A stretch of DNA of 64,000 nt from Planctomycetota bacterium (GTDB lineage: Bacteria; Planctomycetota; PLA2; JAEUHO01): NCBI GenBank assembly GCA_965223505.1, contig CBDCWP010000030.1:32001-96000 (forward strand), given 5' to 3'. Each line of letters begins with the position of its first letter. Position 1 is the stretch's first letter. Made by a program: the position numbers and the translations under genes. The notes under the pieces are model-generated. The model was given only the letters and a program-made list of their open reading frames with translations. It searched no databases and was not told where the DNA came from. Shown in pieces: positions 33,399-41,813 of this stretch.

Positions 33399-34114
33399 AC
33401 GTCGGGCGCCTTGCAGGCCGGCGCGGTGTAACCCCACCACGCGATCAGCGCGAGACCGGCGCAGCCGATCCAGAAGCCCGGTTCGAACTGCGCGAAGGCG
33501 TACTCGCAGAGCGCCCCGTTGGTCGGGAACGCGCCGTGCCACTCGCGCAGAACGCTCGCCGGTAGCGTCGCCGCGTGCATGAGCGCGAGGAGCGCCTGCG
33601 CACCGATCGTCGCTTCGAAGGCGTTCAGTCGACGTTGCGCCTTCCGCCGGTAGAGCAAGACGGCTACGACCACACCGTAGGTGAGCGCGGTCTCGATGCG
33701 CCCGCCCCAACCCGGCAGGAAGCTGCGATAGTCACTGCTCAGGTAGAACGCCTCGAGAACGGCCATGCCCAGCGTGACCAGGATCAGCAACACGTTTGCG
33801 AGCCTGGGACGCCGCCGGGCGATCAAGAGTCCGATCACCCAGATGGGCAGCAGCAGGTGCGTGTAGACCGGCCGGCGCGTCCACAACGCCTCGCGCGGCG
33901 TGAAGTCGTGCGACAGATCCTGGATCGCGCTGACGATCTCGCCGGCCGGCACGCGCATGGGACCGGGCGGACCGAAGAGGATCACGCGCTCGTTCTCGAT
34001 GCGGTTGCCGTGCTCGTCGTAGGGCGCGCCTTCGCGGAACGCGTACGCCGGCAAGAACGTGTTCGCGGTGAACGCCAGAAGGCCGAGCACGAGCAGGATG
34101 CGGCGCCACGTCAT
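33395..34114 (-). CDS. Hypothetical integral membrane protein
   Basis: ATG 34114 (MTWRRILLVLG), several hydrophobic helices, 11 nt downstream of the ABC fusion gene. Confidence 0.7.
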   Translation of the reverse strand: MTWRRILLVLGLLAFTANTFLPAYAFREGAPYDEHGNRIENERVILFGPPGPMRVPAGEIVSAIQDLSHDFTPREALWTRRPVYTHLLLPIWVIGLLIARRRPRLANVLLILVTLGMAVLEAFYLSSDYRSFLPGWGGRIETALTYGVVVAVLLYRRKAQRRLNAFEATIGAQALLALMHAATLPASVLREWHGAFPTNGALCEYAFAQFEPGFWIGCAGLALIAWWGYTAPACKAPDV

Positions 34115-34125
34115 GGGTGCGGGTG

Positions 34126-35667
34126 CTAGAACTCCATGAACGCGAACGCCGCGTGGATGGCGAGCACCAGGATCAGCGCCCGCAGCAGGGTGTGGTGAAT
34201 GCCCTTGACGACCTCGTTGGGATAGCGCTTCGGCGCCGTCCCGATGCGATAGGCAACCAGTGCGACGCCCAGTGCGCAACAACTGACCTTGGCGAAGAGC
34301 CATCCCACGTCCGCACCGTGCAATTGGTCCCCATACGCCTCGTGGAAGTAGCGCGCCGAGTAGCCCGGATGGGTCCCGAGGAACACGACCATCGACGTCG
34401 CGTACGAGAGCACCTGTGCCAGGGCCGTCGCAGCCCACGTCGCGACCAGGAGTCCCGTCGCGGTCGGAAGCAGCAGGTGCCGTCGCAGCGGCACCCGCAG
34501 CAGGTGCAGCGCGTCCACCTGTCGCGTCAAGCTCATGTGGCCGAGGTGAGCGGCGACCGCCGCGCCCAGCTTCGCTGCGAGCAGGACCGAGACCATCAAC
34601 GGCACACTGACGCGCGTGTAGATCAGACCGAGGGCGGCCACGATGTCCTCTTGGATCAGAGGTTCGGCGTACTGCCGCTGCGGCATGCGCTCGAAGATGA
34701 AGTACGTGCCGGTGAACGCGGCGAGCACCGCGCTGATTCCGATGAACGCGCCGACGGACGGCGCGACGTCGCGGCGCAGCGCCTTGCGGATGCGGGGCCC
34801 GTCCAGCGCATGGAACAGCCGCGCCCACGCCCAGGGCAAGAACACGAAGGCGCCGGCGTCGAGCAGGACGTCGACGGTCCCGGTCGCGAGAGCGCGCCAA
34901 CCCCGGGCACAACGCGCGACGAACGACGGCCGAACCTGCGGCGCCGCTTCGTCCCCTTCGGCGGTCGACTCGAGCGCGTGGCGAAGCGTTTCGAAGGTCT
35001 CGACGCCGGGCGGCAACACCTGGATGCGCCGCTCGGAAGGATCGATGAACAGCACGACGTCGGCCCAGTCCGCGAACGACTCGTAGTCATGCGTGATGAC
35101 GAGACTTCCGCGAGAGTGGTTCTCCTCGATGGCCTCGACGACCTGGGCGCGCGCTGCGGGATCCAGCCCCGTCGTGGGTTCGTCGTAGACGAGTACGCCG
35201 GCGCCGCGCAGCAGCGTTCGCGCGATGGCGACCCGCATCTGCTCGCCGCCGGAACACTCGGTGACGGGACGCTCGAGGTGTTGGAGCCGCAACCGCGCGG
35301 CCACGTCCTTGCGCCGCGCTTCGTTCTCGTCACCGAACATCAGGTTCTGATCGACGGTCAGGTCGTCGAACAGGCCGAGTGCGTTGAGCTGGAACACGGC
35401 GCCCATGCGTGCGTCGCGCGCCTCGGGGCCTGCGCCGAGAAGCTCGGCGCCGTCCAGCAGGATCGAGCCGGACACGTCGAGCTGCGGACTCGCAGGGCCC
35501 GCAAACCCGAGTAGCAGGCTGCAGAACAGGGACTTGCCCGAGCCGGACGTCCCCACGAGCAGCACGCGACGGCCCTCGGAGAGCTCGAAGCTCGTCGACT
35601 CGAGCAGCGTTCGACCACGCGCCTTGACCGCGAGGTCGACGACGCGCAAGAGCGTCGGGTCCGCCAT
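34126..35667 (-). CDS. ABC ATPase (MlaF-like) fused to an MlaE-type permease
   Basis: Walker A GTSGSGKS, signature CSGGE, Walker B VLVYDE, ITHD; C-terminal AAKLGAAVAAHLGHMSLTRQVDALHLLRVPLRRHLLLP (MlaE-like). Confidence 0.85.
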   Translation of the reverse strand: MADPTLLRVVDLAVKARGRTLLESTSFELSEGRRVLLVGTSGSGKSLFCSLLLGFAGPASPQLDVSGSILLDGAELLGAGPEARDARMGAVFQLNALGLFDDLTVDQNLMFGDENEARRKDVAARLRLQHLERPVTECSGGEQMRVAIARTLLRGAGVLVYDEPTTGLDPAARAQVVEAIEENHSRGSLVITHDYESFADWADVVLFIDPSERRIQVLPPGVETFETLRHALESTAEGDEAAPQVRPSFVARCARGWRALATGTVDVLLDAGAFVFLPWAWARLFHALDGPRIRKALRRDVAPSVGAFIGISAVLAAFTGTYFIFERMPQRQYAEPLIQEDIVAALGLIYTRVSVPLMVSVLLAAKLGAAVAAHLGHMSLTRQVDALHLLRVPLRRHLLLPTATGLLVATWAATALAQVLSYATSMVVFLGTHPGYSARYFHEAYGDQLHGADVGWLFAKVSCCALGVALVAYRIGTAPKRYPNEVVKGIHHTLLRALILVLAIHAAFAFMEF

Positions 35668-36707
35668 CAGTTCGGGTCCGCCATGGGACGTTCGATCAGG
35701 ACGAGCGCGGTCTTCTTGTCGAGCAGCGTCGCCCGCAGCATCGCGGCGAAACGGATGCGCAGTCCGCCGCTCGGTCCGCGGACGACCTCTTCGACGGCCA
35801 TGCGCAGAAGCGACTCGCCTTCGTCCTCGATCGCGTCCTGCTTGCTTGCGTAGACCGGATCGAGCAGCTCGTCCTTGGCCGCGTCGAACAGCTCGGACTT
35901 CACCCACGCGCTGACCTCGGGCACGTGGCTCTTGAGCCCCCGCGCGATGGCCCGCAGAACGCGGGCCTGGTTGACGCTCCACCACGCCGTCGCCGCCTTC
36001 GTCGCCACCGGCATCACCTGCCGCTTGATGCCGCGCTCGTCCCCGCGCACGACCTTCCAGAGCAAGCCGACACGGTCGAGCAGATCGAAGTGCCGGTCCA
36101 CGGCGCGCGCGACGGCGTCCGCGAGCTCGTTGAGCAGCGGCTCCACCTCCTGCATGACCGAAGACCCCATGGCCTTGACCAGCTTGCTCGACTCGGTGTC
36201 CTTGGTCGGATCGATGCGATCGAGGAACGCAGGGAGATTGCGCTCGACTTCGGGATAGAGCTCCTCGTCCCACAAGCGCTCGAGCCGCCGGACGAGCTCC
36301 CGCCCGACACGCTCGGCCGTCTCGGGCGGCACGGCGGTGTGAAACGCGTCCATCATCCCGCGCTTGGGCGGAACCACCCGCACCCGCCACGGCCCTGCCG
36401 GATCTTCGCCGGCGGCGAACCGAACGCGCAGGCGTCCGTCGTCCACCGCGACGACGTGCGCGACGGGCCGCGCCTCGCCGTCGGGCTCGACGAAGAAGAC
36501 GGGCGCGCCGACGTCGACGCCCTTCGTCGTGTCGACCGGCGTGAGCAGATCGTCGTCGCGCTCGGCGCTCAGCCCGCTCAGGAGCTCCGCGGTGATCCGT
36601 TCGGCAGGCCGTGCGACGGAAGGAGACGCGAGGAGCAGGACGAGGGCGAGCATCGCGCCCGCGAGGATGCCGCTGCCGAGCCAAGCCTTGAGTTGCGGGT
36701 TGTTCAC
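35667..36707 (-). CDS. Membrane-anchored protein with a degenerate MCE/MlaD-like segment and helical C-terminus
   Basis: N-terminal TM; GVDVGAPVF...PVAHVVAV resembles the MCE GLxxGxPV...VGxV motif; coupled to the MlaFE fusion. Confidence 0.55.
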   Translation of the reverse strand: MNNPQLKAWLGSGILAGAMLALVLLLASPSVARPAERITAELLSGLSAERDDDLLTPVDTTKGVDVGAPVFFVEPDGEARPVAHVVAVDDGRLRVRFAAGEDPAGPWRVRVVPPKRGMMDAFHTAVPPETAERVGRELVRRLERLWDEELYPEVERNLPAFLDRIDPTKDTESSKLVKAMGSSVMQEVEPLLNELADAVARAVDRHFDLLDRVGLLWKVVRGDERGIKRQVMPVATKAATAWWSVNQARVLRAIARGLKSHVPEVSAWVKSELFDAAKDELLDPVYASKQDAIEDEGESLLRMAVEEVVRGPSGGLRIRFAAMLRATLLDKKTALVLIERPMADPN

Positions 36708-36769
36708 GGTGACCTCGGACGGCCGGGAGGCGCGATTCTACGGGACGTCCCGGCGGCGGGTCGGCGAGA

Positions 36770-37366
36770 TCACGCGTACGGGGCGACGCCCTCGCGCAGA
36801 AGCGCCTGTAGCGCCGTTTCGTGCGTCTCGATCAGCGCGTTCGGCCGCCGGTCGAGCACGACCCGGCCGTCCAGATCCCGGACGACGAACCCCGTGACGC
36901 AGCGCCGGTCCACGTGCACGCTGAAGTCGGTCGCACCCTGGTCGAGCAGCGCCTCGTAGACGGCGAGCCGGTCGCGCTTGGCGGCGAAGACCTCCATCGG
37001 GCCGTCGACGGCGGCGGCCTCCCTCGCCCAGTGCCGCAGCGCGCCCACGTAGTCCTCGGTGTCGGGCAGGGACTGGATCGAGAGTGTGAGTCGCCGCGCG
37101 AAGCGGTCGTAGAGCTGCGTGAACGCTTCGGCACGCAGGGACGCGACCTCGCGCTCCGCCTCCAGGCGCGCGGCGTCCTTCGCCGCCTCGCCGCGCACGC
37201 GACCGAGGTTCTTTGCCGCCTCCGAGAGCTCGCGCACGTGGTCTTCCGCGTCGATCACGAGACGGCGCGCCTCGTTGACGGCCTGATCCTCGGCACGTCG
37301 GCTGCCGCGGTCGGCATCTTCGAGGATGATGTCGACGAGCGCATGGAACGCGGCGTCATGCAACAT
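36770..37366 (-). CDS. V/A-type ATPase subunit E-like protein
   Basis: 198 aa; N-terminal LVDIILEDA coiled coil; C-terminal GFVV...GRVVLD. Confidence 0.65.
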   Translation of the reverse strand: MLHDAAFHALVDIILEDADRGSRRAEDQAVNEARRLVIDAEDHVRELSEAAKNLGRVRGEAAKDAARLEAEREVASLRAEAFTQLYDRFARRLTLSIQSLPDTEDYVGALRHWAREAAAVDGPMEVFAAKRDRLAVYEALLDQGATDFSVHVDRRCVTGFVVRDLDGRVVLDRRPNALIETHETALQALLREGVAPYA

Positions 37367-39278
37367 GGGTTCCCCTCTCCCGGCTCGGCCCGCGGCGCAC
37401 GCGGCGCCGGAACGGCTCGAACGGCTGCGTGAGCTCGCGTCCCCCCAAAGACGTGTCGTAGGGCACGCCGATCGCCACGTGCGCCGCGTCAGCGACCACG
37501 GCGAGCACCCCCACGACGAGGGCGACCGGTACCACGAGCAGCGCGACGGCGCCGGCGTCGGCCCATGCGGCGAAGCCGTACTCGAACAACATCACCGACG
37601 CGCCCCCGACCGCCACGAGCCGCAGCACGCCGACGAGATCGAGGCAGAAGCGCGTCACGAACGCGCGCGCTCCCTCCAGAACGAACACCGCGACGGCGAC
37701 GAGCGGCACGAGGATCCACGCCCACGCGACCGCCGGTACGGCCTCGCCCACGACCGCCGCCGCGAACCCCGCAATCACCGCGTAGCGCAACGTCGTCAGC
37801 AGCGCCGCGCGCGCACGCGCGGCCCGGCCGCCGCGCACCGCGCGAAGCGCGAGCACGGCGCCGTACAGCGCGAACGCGCCCGCGAGGAGGCCGATCACCG
37901 CGAGCACGCCGGCGAACGGCTGCAAGAGAGCCGGCAACGCGCCGGCGCCGAGGTCGAGCGTGTCCACGACGCCCCACCCCTCACCAAACCACGCCGCGCC
38001 GGCATCGCCGAGCGCGCGGCCGATCAGAAGCCCCGCCGCCAACGCGGCGAGGCCGCCGGCTTGCGCCATGATCGCGGTGTGCCGGCGGGGCGAGCCGCGC
38101 CGGGCACGGACGCCGAGCAACGCGCCCGCGATCATCAGCAGCAGGCCGCCGGCCGCGTCGGCCCAAGCCAGGCCGACGGCGACGGGCGCGAAGACGGCGA
38201 GCACGCTTGCGACGCCGACGTCGCCGAAGCGCGACGGCCGCAGCCCTTCGAGCGCGGCGAACGGAACGGCGGCGACGGTGCGCGGAAGCGTCGGGGCGTC
38301 GTCGGCCTCGGCCAGCGGCCGGATCACGATGTGCTTGCCGAACACCTTCGTCATGTGCTCGGCGAGCGGTTCGCCGTCTTCGCGTCGTACGAACACGCGC
38401 GCGGCAGCGACGTGTTCCGTTGCGGCCAGCCGTCCGCGCGCCTCGCGGCGCCCTTCGGCGTCTTCGAGCGAGTCGAGCAGCTGGCGCGCGCGCGCGCCGT
38501 CTTCGCGTACGCGCAGCGTCAAGGCGGCGCGAGCGGCGCCGACCTCGTGCTGCGCGCGGCTGCGCGCTTCGAGCGCTTCCCGCAGCGCGTCTTCGATCAG
38601 CGCGCCTTGCATCGTGGCGGGGAAATCGAACGCGCGCGCGCCGACCGCTTCGGCGATCTGTTCGACGCCGTCGCTCGTGACGGTCGCGTCCGCGGCGCGC
38701 AGCACGAAGACGTGGCTCTTGTCGCCGTCCCGCCGGAGCGGGTCGAGCCGGGCGCGGCGCAGACGCCGGCCCAGTTGCCGCGCCGCGCGTGGCTCGGTGG
38801 GCAGCGCGAGCGCGCGACCGTTGACGGTCGGCTCGTCGGCGGCCTGGAGGGCCTCGACGCCGGCCAGGACGGCGTCGGCGAACTCGTACGACGCATCGGC
38901 GCGCCGCAGCGCCTCGAGCTCGACGTGGATCCGACCGGCGAGCGTGACGGCCTCGTCGCGCAAGGCGAGCAGGTCGGCCTCCCCGATGCCGCCGGGGGCC
39001 ATCGTCCAGTCGGGGCGCCGGCCGGGCGGCTCGTCGACGGCAGTCGGCGGCAGCACGCGCTCGACCGCCTGGAGTGACCGGCCGGCTTCGCTGCGAATCA
39101 GCTCGATGTCCTGCTCGTGCGCGTCGGGCCGCGGGCGTCCGATGCCCGCCTCGCCCTCGAGCCCGTGCAGCGCGTCGCCAAGATGGCAGGTGCCCAGATC
39201 CTGGAGGGCGGCGAGCCAGTCCTCGACGGACGCGCGCGGGCCGAGGATCTCGTAGTGCTGGAAGGGGGCATCGATCAT
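37356..39278 (-). CDS. Divergent V/A-type ATPase subunit I (a)-like protein
   Basis: 640 aa; N-terminal LQDLGTCHL, soluble domain, APTL, then PSRFGD..VLAVFAPVAVGLAWADAAGGLLL and GVLRLVAVG resembling subunit I motifs. Confidence 0.7.
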   Translation of the reverse strand: MIDAPFQHYEILGPRASVEDWLAALQDLGTCHLGDALHGLEGEAGIGRPRPDAHEQDIELIRSEAGRSLQAVERVLPPTAVDEPPGRRPDWTMAPGGIGEADLLALRDEAVTLAGRIHVELEALRRADASYEFADAVLAGVEALQAADEPTVNGRALALPTEPRAARQLGRRLRRARLDPLRRDGDKSHVFVLRAADATVTSDGVEQIAEAVGARAFDFPATMQGALIEDALREALEARSRAQHEVGAARAALTLRVREDGARARQLLDSLEDAEGRREARGRLAATEHVAAARVFVRREDGEPLAEHMTKVFGKHIVIRPLAEADDAPTLPRTVAAVPFAALEGLRPSRFGDVGVASVLAVFAPVAVGLAWADAAGGLLLMIAGALLGVRARRGSPRRHTAIMAQAGGLAALAAGLLIGRALGDAGAAWFGEGWGVVDTLDLGAGALPALLQPFAGVLAVIGLLAGAFALYGAVLALRAVRGGRAARARAALLTTLRYAVIAGFAAAVVGEAVPAVAWAWILVPLVAVAVFVLEGARAFVTRFCLDLVGVLRLVAVGGASVMLFEYGFAAWADAGAVALLVVPVALVVGVLAVVADAAHVAIGVPYDTSLGGRELTQPFEPFRRRVRRGPSRERGTHVA

Positions 39279-39658
39279 TCCGCGACGACCTCCGGCGCCT
39301 CGGCGGGTGCGTCGCGCTCGCCGCACAGCAACGCCATGGCGGCGACGAGTAGCTCGTCCATGCGCGACTCCGCGTCGTCGATCCAACGTCGGACGGCGAG
39401 CCGGGCCTCGCTCACGGCGTCGACGCCGGCGGCCTCGACCTGGCGCAGAGCCTCGCGTTCGCCTTCGATGACGATGTCCCGCAGCTTCTGCTCACCCTCC
39501 TCGCGGATGCGCTTGGCCTCGGCGCGGGCCGCCGCCAGACGCGCCTGGGCGTCGCCCTGCGCCCCCTGCAGCCGCTCACGCGCCCAGGCTTCGACGGCGA
39601 GGAACGCAGGCAGGGCGGAGCGCCCCGGTGTGACGGGCGGGAGGTTGGGTCGCGTCAT
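39275..39658 (-). CDS. V/A-type ATPase subunit H/G-like coiled-coil protein
   Basis: 127-aa Ala/Glu/Arg-rich helical protein whose stop overlaps the subunit I-like start. Confidence 0.55.
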   Translation of the reverse strand: MTRPNLPPVTPGRSALPAFLAVEAWARERLQGAQGDAQARLAAARAEAKRIREEGEQKLRDIVIEGEREALRQVEAAGVDAVSEARLAVRRWIDDAESRMDELLVAAMALLCGERDAPAEAPEVVAE

Positions 39659-39791
39659 GGACGTGGAGCGTACCGGCGGAGCAGGACAGCGTCGGACCGT
39701 AGCGCGCGGCAGCCGACGAAGGCCCCTTGCTCACCGCGCACCCGCCACGACGGCGATCCGGCCAGGCGCCGTCGAGCGGGACGAGCCGCCG

Positions 39792-40712
39792 CTAGCCGCC
39801 GGTGGCGTTCTTCTTCAGCCAGTCGACGAGCTGCTCGCGGACGGACGCGAACTTGCCGTTGACCTTCACGTCGACAGCCTTCAGCAGCGCCTCGACCTCC
39901 TTGCGCTTGTCGGCCGTGGAGCTGTCGTCGTCCTCGACGGCGAACTCGAAGGCGTAGCCGACGTCCTCGCTGATCGACGCCATGTGCGCGTCGATGTAGG
40001 CCGTCAGGCCCTTGCCGGGCTTCTTCGCGATCTTCAGGACCTCCACGAACGCCTCGAGGGCCTTGCGCCACTCCTCGTCGTCGATCGCCGCGAGGGCGAC
40101 CTCCATGTGCGGGAGCGCTTTTTCGAACTTCTTGAAGGTCAACGCTTCGCCCAGCTCCTTCTGAAGGGCTTCGGTCGCCTTCTGAATGCTCTTCGTGACG
40201 AACTGGTCCTTCTCCTCGATGCGGTGCACCTTGCCGTCGGGCGCGATCAGCCACGAGTTCGGGCAGAGCTCGACGAAGGGCACCACCGGCAGCGTCTCGT
40301 CACGAGAGGCATCGGTCTCGACCGCGATGTTGAGGTGGTCGCGGCACGTCAGACCGGGATAGAGCGGGCAGCGCTTGTTCTCGCCGGTCTGGTTCGCGAC
40401 CTCGATCTCTTCGTGCCCGAGCTCGTTGTGCGCAATCAACACGATCACGCTCTCTTCCGCCCACTTGATGAACGACTTGTTGGTCAGCACCGACCGGTAC
40501 TGGTTCGTGCAGCGGCCTCAGAAGTCCTTGTGACGGCTGAAGAAGATCGGCACGTTGCGAACGCGCGCCTCGACCATCGCCGCTTCGTAGCTCGTCATGT
40601 AGCGCAGGTGTGCGCCCTTCGGGTGCTCCTCCGCGAACGCGCCGCCGGCGAACAGGATCGCCGCCGCGATTCCGAGCCAGCAGACCGGCCCGGTCAGTCT
40701 TCGAATCCGCAT
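39792..40712 (-). CDS. Candidate exported thioredoxin-like selenoprotein B (U65-G-R-C), 306 aa
   Basis: GGAGG RBS, ATG 40712, signal peptide ending AFA; EARVRNVPIFFSRHKDF-TGA(40520-40518)-GRCTNQYRSVLTNKSFIKWAEESVIV continues in frame into track ORF 39792-40490. Confidence 0.88.
40485..40502 (-). promoter_or_regulatory. Bacterial SECIS-like hairpin of selenoprotein B
   Basis: mRNA CAGUACC-GGUC-GGUGCUG starting 15 nt after the UGA; G at the first loop position. Confidence 0.7.
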
Positions 40713-40735
40713 GTGACCTCCCGAGACGCCGGCCG

Positions 40736-41668
40736 TCACTTGGCCTTCGCCTCCTTGATCCACTTCTTGATGTCGTCGACCACCGGTAGGTATCCGCGTT
40801 TGAGACGCTTGCCGACGGCGGACTTGAGCTGACCGGCGGCCTTGATCTTGGCCTCCGCGTCGCCCTCACCCTCCTTGAGCTCCTCGAACGCCTCGACGAT
40901 CGCCTCGTTCAGATCGTCGAGCCGCTCCTTGACGATCTCCTTCATGCCGTCCGGCAGCTTCTTGGTGTCCTTCTCGACGTCCGCGTAGGCGGCCAATGCG
41001 GCCTTCCAGTCCATCGTCTCGATCGCCGCGTCGCCCGCGTCGAGCGATGCCACGTACGCCTTGTACTTCTTCATCGGAAGGTGCTTGAGCTTCAGCTTCT
41101 TCAGCCCGGCCTGGGCCATCTCGATCACCTTCTTCGGCTTCGTCTTGTAGGCGTTCGAGACGGTCTCGACCTCGCCGTTGGGCATGACGAACCAGCTCGT
41201 GGGCGTGCTGACCGGCTTCTTGATTTGCGGCAGGCCGGACGCAGACGTCAGCGCCGCGATCTCGTTGGCGATCCCGCGGTGGTCCTCGCACAGGAGACCG
41301 GGGTACTTCGGGCAGCCTTCGACCTTCTCACCGTTTTCGTCTTCGATCTGCGACGGGTGTTCTTCCGTCTCGTGGGCGATGGCCACGATCATGTTCTCGT
41401 TGGCCCACTCGACGAACCCGCCGTCTTGCAGCACCGAACTGTGCTGCGCCTCGCACGGGCCTCAGTTGTCCTTGTGCCAGACGACGTAGATCACGGCGTT
41501 GCGTGCCCGGGCTTCGTACACCGCGTCCTCGTAGGACTTCGCGTAGCGAAGGTGCGTCTCTTTCTCCTCCTTGGCGAGGCCGCTGCCGAGCGAACCGAAC
41601 ACGGCCGCCGCGGCGACGCAGAACAACGCGCAGGCGAAGCGGCGATGCCATGCAAGACGGTGGCTCAT
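40736..41668 (-). CDS. Candidate exported thioredoxin-like selenoprotein A (U69-G-P-C), 310 aa
   Basis: ATG 41668, signal peptide; EARARNAVIYVVWHKDN-TGA(41464-41462)-GPCEAQHSSVLQDGGFVEWANENMIV continues in frame into track ORF 40736-41434. Confidence 0.88.
41428..41447 (-). promoter_or_regulatory. Bacterial SECIS-like hairpin of selenoprotein A
   Basis: mRNA GCAGCAC-AGUUCG-GUGCUGC starting 14 nt after the UGA; perfect 7-bp stem; G at the second loop position. Confidence 0.72.
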
Positions 41669-41747
41669 GAGCGGACTCCGGGCACGAGGATCGCCGATGG
41701 GCGGCGCGGGCGCCAGGGGGCAGCCCCCGCCGGCCCCCGGCAGATAG

Positions 41748-41773
41748 GACGGTTGTCGCCCGAAGGGGGTTCC
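41748..41773 (-). promoter_or_regulatory. Possible ECF-sigma promoter (GGAAC-N17-CGTC)
   Basis: Minus strand GGAAC-CCCCTTCGGGCGACAAC-CGTC, about 80 nt upstream of ATG 41668. Confidence 0.45.
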
Positions 41774-41813
41774 ATCGGCCGCGGGCGGCCCGCCGAGGCT
41801 CGGTTTCGAGCGC

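Noticed and set aside
39792..41668. Reading the two TGA-interrupted genes as pseudogenes, or as four separate small genes
   Set aside because: The TGA is at the same catalytic column in both paralogs, both halves stay conserved and in frame, and each TGA is followed by an equivalent hairpin.
39792..41668. Genome-wide UGA reassignment (UGA read as Trp or Gly)
   Set aside because: TGA is the normal stop of many clear genes here (atpF, atpH, atpD, gmhB), and TGG is used for Trp.
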